DNA from: Anaerolineae bacterium
GTDB lineage: Bacteria; Chloroflexota; Anaerolineae; UBA1429
Assembly: GCA_963675785.1 (NCBI GenBank)
Contig: OY776562.1
Coordinates: forward strand, 32,001 to 96,000
DNA: 64,000 nt
Direction of reading: 5' to 3'
The first letter of the stretch is position 1. Each line of letters opens with the position of its first letter. Under the pieces are notes generated by a model. It ran no database searches. It saw only the letters and a program-made list of their open reading frames with translations, and had not been told where the DNA came from. Shown piece after piece: positions 59,232-64,000 of the stretch. A program made the translations under genes and the position numbers.

Positions 59232-59692
59232 ATGATTTCATTTGTTCGTTGTGATAGTCACAATGAAGATTTCCTCGAATTGGTGCGCTGCCTAGATGCC
59301 AACCTTTTTGCACGGAACGGCGCCATCCAAAACGAATATGCGTCGCATAACGTCATCGAGTTCATCGAGACTGTGATCATTGCCAAGGAGGATGATCTGG
59401 CGGTGGTTGCGGCTGCTTTCGCCTCTATGATGAAACTATTGTCGAGATCAAGCGTATGTTCGTGCGTTCTGAATATAGGGGGCAGGGCGTAGCCAAGCGC
59501 ATCCTTGGCGAACTCGAGACCTGGGCGCAGGAGTTGAACTATACGGCCGCTGTGCTGGAGACGGGCCACTGGCAGATCGAGGCACTGAGCCTGTATCCGC
59601 GTTGTGGCTATGAACGCATCTCCAATTACGGTCCCTATATTGCTTTCGATACAAGCATCTGCTTTCGCAAAGGGATTACATCGGCTGGCTAA
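59232..59692 (+). pseudogene. GNAT acetyltransferase, single frameshift near 59405
   Basis: The N-half (59217 ORF) joins GCGCFR...VEIKRMFVRSEYRGQGVA in another frame. Confidence 0.8.
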
Positions 59693-59714
59693 TACTCGCG
59701 ATTGAAGGGGAATC

Positions 59715-60401
59715 ATGATGAACAAGGCCTTGTTTTGGGATTTCGATGGCACGCTTACCTACAGCAAATCATTGTGGAGTAATGCAGTACTCAAAGCCTT
59801 GCAGAGCAGCATGGATGATTGCCCCTTTGTTTTAGATGATATTCGCCCCCATCTGCGTCACATTTACCCCTGGCACATGCCAGACGCCGACCTGCATCAC
59901 CTCATTGACGATGGTTGGTGGGACTTTATGTTCGCAGGGTTTGCCGGAATCTATCGTCATCTGGGCGTACAAGAGGCCCAGGCTGACGTCATCAGTTACA
60001 AAGTCAAAGACTATGTGTTGAGTGCGGCGAATTACACCCTGTATGATGATGCTATCCCCACGCTAGGGCGCTGTATCGCCCTTGGCTACAAGAACTATAT
60101 CGTATCCAACAATTACCCCGAATTGCCGCTGATTGTCGAGCAGCTTGGCTTGGCACCCTTTTTTAGCGATTATATCATCTCGGCCCTGATCGGCTATGAC
60201 AAACCCCGTCGCGAAGTATTCGAACATGCTATGGATTTAGCGGGACATCCTCAGTGTTGCTTTATGATTGGCGACAATCCTGTGGCTGATATCGAAGGCG
60301 CCAATCGTGTGGGCATTCCCTCGGTGTTGGTGCATCGAGATGTCCCCTCGACAGCTATGTATACCTTTGATACCCTCAACGAGATATCGAGTATTCTATA
60401 G
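59715..60401 (+). CDS. HAD-IA hydrolase
   Basis: WDFDGTL, VSN, DKP, IGDNPVADI. Confidence 0.9.
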   Translation: MMNKALFWDFDGTLTYSKSLWSNAVLKALQSSMDDCPFVLDDIRPHLRHIYPWHMPDADLHHLIDDGWWDFMFAGFAGIYRHLGVQEAQADVISYKVKDYVLSAANYTLYDDAIPTLGRCIALGYKNYIVSNNYPELPLIVEQLGLAPFFSDYIISALIGYDKPRREVFEHAMDLAGHPQCCFMIGDNPVADIEGANRVGIPSVLVHRDVPSTAMYTFDTLNEISSIL

Positions 60402-60473
60402 GGCCTGCATTGACGAACTCGGATATGAGGACGTGATATCCCGTTCTAAAAGTAAGTCTTCCATCTTGGTCGT

Positions 60474-60507
60474 GGAGCATATTCTGATACAATATGCTCC
60501 TCTTTTT
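60474..60507 (+). terminator. Intrinsic terminator immediately upstream of the ANT(6)-like RBS
   Basis: GGAGCATATT/AATATGCTCC plus TCTTTTT. Confidence 0.75.
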
Positions 60508-60529
60508 GCTCCCTTCGGAGGATACTCGG

Positions 60530-61402
60530 ATGTTCACATATGACGAGCTTTTGACGAGATTTGCCTCGTGGACCGAGAGGACTCATGACGTGATAGCTGT
60601 TTTTATCATAGGCTCTCGTGCCAGAGATAAATCCCCGGCCGATGCCTTTTCAGATCTCGATCTCGTGTTAGTGGTCACGGATCCAGAACATTTCTTGTCG
60701 TCGGACGAGTGGATCGAAAATCTAAGCCCCTATTGGATGCAGTTCACTGAACGTACCTTTGGTGGTGGTCAAGAGCGCCGAGTGCTGTTTGAGGGGGCTC
60801 TTGACGTTGACTTTTGCCTATTTTCAGAGGCTCAATTTCGGCGTCTTGCAACTGAAAGAGAGGCGCACAAGATATTCTCCAGAGGATATCGGGTCATGCT
60901 CGATCAGGCTGGATTAGCTGGTCTGCTTCCCAATTGTAGTTTTGAGCATTCACAATCTCTTCCTCCACTAGAGGGCGAATTCTTGAACCGCGTTAATGAT
61001 TTTTGGTTCCATACTGTGTGGGTTGCGAAAAAGCTGCAGCGAGGCGAGTTGTGGACCGCTAAATCATGTTTGGATTGCTATATGAAGCAACATTTACTAT
61101 GGATCACCGAGTGTCACGCTCACATCATCAATGGCTGGGGTTATGACACTTGGCACGACGGCCGTTTTTTAGACGTATGGGCATTGCGAGAAGTAAAGGG
61201 GGCAATCCCCTGTACTTTTGCACGCTATGATCTCGTTGATATGGAACGTGCTCTGCGAGCCACGATGGATTTGTTCCATTCGCTGGCTGTAAAAGTCGCT
61301 GAGGATATGCAGTTCGAATATCCAGCAGAAAAAGAACAGCAGGTTATCAAGTGGGTCGATCAAGCATTAGCGAATCTATCCCCTTCTGATGCTGCATTAT
61401 GA
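60530..61402 (+). CDS. Aminoglycoside 6-adenylyltransferase family protein
   Basis: GSRAR...AD-x-FSDLD, NDFWF...KKL-x-RGELW, WHDGRFL. Confidence 0.82.
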   Translation: MFTYDELLTRFASWTERTHDVIAVFIIGSRARDKSPADAFSDLDLVLVVTDPEHFLSSDEWIENLSPYWMQFTERTFGGGQERRVLFEGALDVDFCLFSEAQFRRLATEREAHKIFSRGYRVMLDQAGLAGLLPNCSFEHSQSLPPLEGEFLNRVNDFWFHTVWVAKKLQRGELWTAKSCLDCYMKQHLLWITECHAHIINGWGYDTWHDGRFLDVWALREVKGAIPCTFARYDLVDMERALRATMDLFHSLAVKVAEDMQFEYPAEKEQQVIKWVDQALANLSPSDAAL

Positions 61403-62335
61403 ATGGGAACTGCTATGGAACTAAATGAGCTTGTTCGCACTATTCCTGGTTCGAATGGTTGGCAACTAGTGCGAGAGGTCAATAAGGGCTGGTCATCCGA
61501 TCGCAAATACTATGTCGAAACAGGTGAGGGGCAGCGACTTTTGTTGCGAGTTTCGGATATCGCCCAGTACGATGAAAAGAAGCGCGAGTTCGAAGCGATG
61601 AAACAGCTCGACACTCTCGACATAAATATACCTCGCCCCATAGATTTTGGCCTTTGCGAGGGAGGCGCGGCAGTGTACCTTTTGCTTACCTGGGTCAATG
61701 GGGCAGAAGCGGAGAAGGTATTACCTACGTTGAACAGCGCTGAACAATATAGATTAGGACTGGAAGCGGGCAGGGTGCTGGCCAAGATGCATCAGGTTCC
61801 TGCTCCCGAGGGACAAACTCCTTGGTCAGAACGTTTCAACGCCAAGATCGATCGAAATATCCGTAAACATTTGGCTTGTCGGATTCAAGCAGAGGGTGCT
61901 GACCGGATCATTGCCTACATTGAGACCAGCAGGCATTTGCTGGATGATAGGCCGCAGTGTTTTCAGCATGGCGATTACCATTGCGGTAACATGCTAATCA
62001 ACAATCAGCGTCACATTGGCATTATCGATTTCAACCGACTCGATTACGGCGATCCTTGGGAAGAATTCAATCGCATTACTTGGTGTGCTGCAGTCAGTCC
62101 CTTGTTTGCTTCGGGGCGTATCAACGGCTATTTCGAGGATGCTGTGCCTGACGAGTTTTTCAGGCTTTTGGCGCTGTATATCGGCAGCAATCAGCTCGCT
62201 TCTGTACCATGGGCCATTCCCTTTGGTCCCGCCGAGGTACAGACAATGCTTCAACAAACAAAAGCTGTGTTAGCATGGTATGATGATTTCCGTTCCTATA
62301 TCCCCAGTTGGTACATCTCTCAATTCTCGGACTGA
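61403..62335 (+). CDS. Aminoglycoside phosphotransferase family protein
   Basis: KGWSSDRKY, HGDYHCGN, IIDF, GDPWEEF. Confidence 0.9.
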   Translation: MGTAMELNELVRTIPGSNGWQLVREVNKGWSSDRKYYVETGEGQRLLLRVSDIAQYDEKKREFEAMKQLDTLDINIPRPIDFGLCEGGAAVYLLLTWVNGAEAEKVLPTLNSAEQYRLGLEAGRVLAKMHQVPAPEGQTPWSERFNAKIDRNIRKHLACRIQAEGADRIIAYIETSRHLLDDRPQCFQHGDYHCGNMLINNQRHIGIIDFNRLDYGDPWEEFNRITWCAAVSPLFASGRINGYFEDAVPDEFFRLLALYIGSNQLASVPWAIPFGPAEVQTMLQQTKAVLAWYDDFRSYIPSWYISQFSD

Positions 62336-62393
62336 ACACGCCGAGGATTGGTCAAATTCACCATGCTGACGAGAACCAATCCAGGCAGAAAAC

Positions 62394-62827
62394 ATGACAA
62401 GAAACTACGAGTCTCAAGATCTTGATGGCTGTGTACAGCTTTTGATTGAGGCCTACAATTGCGAGCCCTGGAATAACCACTGGACTGAAGAGACGGGTAA
62501 ACGATATCTTGACGAGTTTGCACTGTCTCGGAATTTCGTCGGTTTTGTAGCAACTGAGCATGAGGAGCTCGTTGGCGCCATGTTTGCACATAGGAAGACA
62601 TGGTGGACCAACGACAAAGTGTTCGTGGACGAGTTGTTCATTAAACCTGTTTTTAAGGCAAAGGCTATGGCACGGCTTTACGCGACATGGCGAGGACTAT
62701 GGCCATTCAAAGGGTTTAGCCAGACTTATATTGTTGACGAATCCTTATATGCCCGCCAAGACCTTTTATGAGAAGAACGGCTATACGCTGGCAGAGCATG
62801 TTGTTTTTCTACTATAAAAAAGTCTAG
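62394..62827 (+). pseudogene. GNAT acetyltransferase, multiple frameshifts
   Basis: EPWNNHW...VDELFIKP / GKGYGTAL / LLTN-x-x-x-PA-x-x-FYEKNGY lie in different frames. Confidence 0.78.
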
Positions 62828-63007
62828 TTATTACAGACCTATCTCTCAGTCAAGATATGCAAACATGAACTCTTTGTCATTCTGCTTTTAACCACCATAT
62901 AGCTTGATGTGCTTTGAGCAGATAAGGAACCCCAGATATCCAAATATGCTTGTTGATGGTTGTGCTATGTGACTGGCTAGATGATCCAAGTAGTAGAGGG
63001 AAGGCTC

Positions 63008-63841
63008 ATGCTTTTATCGCAGATAACAGAAACCCTTTCAGCGATTCCGGGTGTCAGAGCTATAGCATTGGGAGGTTCCCAAAGCCGCGGAGAAGCTGAC
63101 GAAAGCTCAGACTTTGATATTGGTTTGTATTATGACGCAGACACGCTGGATGTCATTGCGTTAAGCCAATGCCTAAAGGAAATCGATGACAGGCATGAGG
63201 ACGGTCTTTTGAATCCTCCTGGGCAGTGGGGCTCTTGGATCAATGGCGGAGCGTGGTTGAGTGTCGAGGGTGTGTCTATCGATATCCTTCTTCGAGATAT
63301 TTCAAGGGTCAAAGCGGTCGTTGGGGATTGCGTCGCGGGCAGAATCACAATTGATTACCAAAATGGGCACCCTTTTGGTTTTGTCAACACGATCTATGCT
63401 GCTGAGACACACTATTGTCAGCCTTTGTGGCAAGATCGCTCTGCACTTCTCTCGATGCTAAAAACCTTGCTGTATTCAAAAGGTGAGTATCCCCCCTTGA
63501 TGCGAGAAGCTACGATCAAGAAATTTCTGTGGGGTGCCGAGTTTTCATTGCAGTGTGGGCGTAAGGCAACGTTTCGGGGTGACCTCAATTACTCGGCTGG
63601 TTCCGTTTTTAGGGCTGTTTGTTGTTGGGTTCAAGTACTATATGCCCTGAATAATTGTTATTTGATGAACGAAAAGGGGGCTTTGAGGCAGGTTCATCTC
63701 CTTGAGCAAAGCCCGGCTGATATGGAACCCAAAGTGAAGGAGATATATTCTCTGCTGGCGAATGGGAACGCCCAAGGTGCTTACCAAATTCTAGAGTGTT
63801 TACATAGTAAAGTCGAGGAGCTTGTCGCTGGATTTTTTTGA
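63008..63841 (+). CDS. Nucleotidyltransferase domain protein
   Basis: LGGSQSRG...SDFDIGLYY, WINGGAWL, NEKGAL. Confidence 0.85.
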   Translation: MLLSQITETLSAIPGVRAIALGGSQSRGEADESSDFDIGLYYDADTLDVIALSQCLKEIDDRHEDGLLNPPGQWGSWINGGAWLSVEGVSIDILLRDISRVKAVVGDCVAGRITIDYQNGHPFGFVNTIYAAETHYCQPLWQDRSALLSMLKTLLYSKGEYPPLMREATIKKFLWGAEFSLQCGRKATFRGDLNYSAGSVFRAVCCWVQVLYALNNCYLMNEKGALRQVHLLEQSPADMEPKVKEIYSLLANGNAQGAYQILECLHSKVEELVAGFF

Positions 63842-63900
63842 ACTGTAGGCTGTTTTGTAGCAACGACTAAGCTCAAACCCGCTATATCTAGGGAACTCTC

Positions 63901-64000
63901 ATGACCTTTGATGACGCCTTTTGGCACGCTTTGGACGAATTGGTAGTCACCTCAGAAATAATCATTGATCGTCCCAAAGGGGCGCGGCATCCCCGATATC
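63901..64000 (+). CDS. Inorganic pyrophosphatase-like protein (partial, right edge)
   Basis: FWHALDELV...IIIDRPKG-x-x-HPRY. Confidence 0.6.
   Translation, partial: MTFDDAFWHALDELVVTSEIIIDRPKGARHPRY

Noticed and set aside
59395-59415. Programmed frameshift in a GNAT gene
   Set aside because: No slippery sequence or stimulatory structure is visible.
62340-62387. GGATTGGT/ACCAATCC inverted repeat as a cassette recombination site
   Set aside because: Single occurrence, with no similarity to other spacers.
38992-64000. Classical integron (intI/attC)
   Set aside because: No tyrosine recombinase ORF and no recurring RYYYAAC...GTTRRRY structure seen; many spacers are too short to hold one.

Overview
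Bacterial chromosomal segment. Gene content is most consistent with a Chloroflexota/Anaerolineae-like anaerobe, which is an inference. The left ~39 kb is mostly intact core genes: two HAD hydrolases, an S1 protein, an M50-HD-TyrA-like-GT operon, tRNA-Phe/Gly/Cys, cysK, a TlpA-DUF2085-CcdA thiol-redox operon, tRNA-Pro, a 12.4-kb wzt-wzm/glycosyltransferase surface-glycan cluster, an unusual sensor kinase/NarL pair, pyrG, a HEAT-repeat protein, tRNA-Ser with a small att-bounded islet, tadA and rlmD. From the rlmD 3' end (~39 kb) to the window edge is an accessory tract of mostly co-oriented small detoxification or modification genes (nucleotidyltransferases, GNATs, VOC, DUF1801, NUDIX, HAD, ANT(6)-like, APH-like). 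Several of these are frameshifted. The most notable signal is that the rlmD 3' end recurs downstream. The last copy is split by four ~30-bp repeats with TATAC cores resembling recombinase sites, which suggests repeated cassette accretion at rlmD. No recombinase is encoded in the window. All product calls come from motif recognition by eye; no database searches were run.
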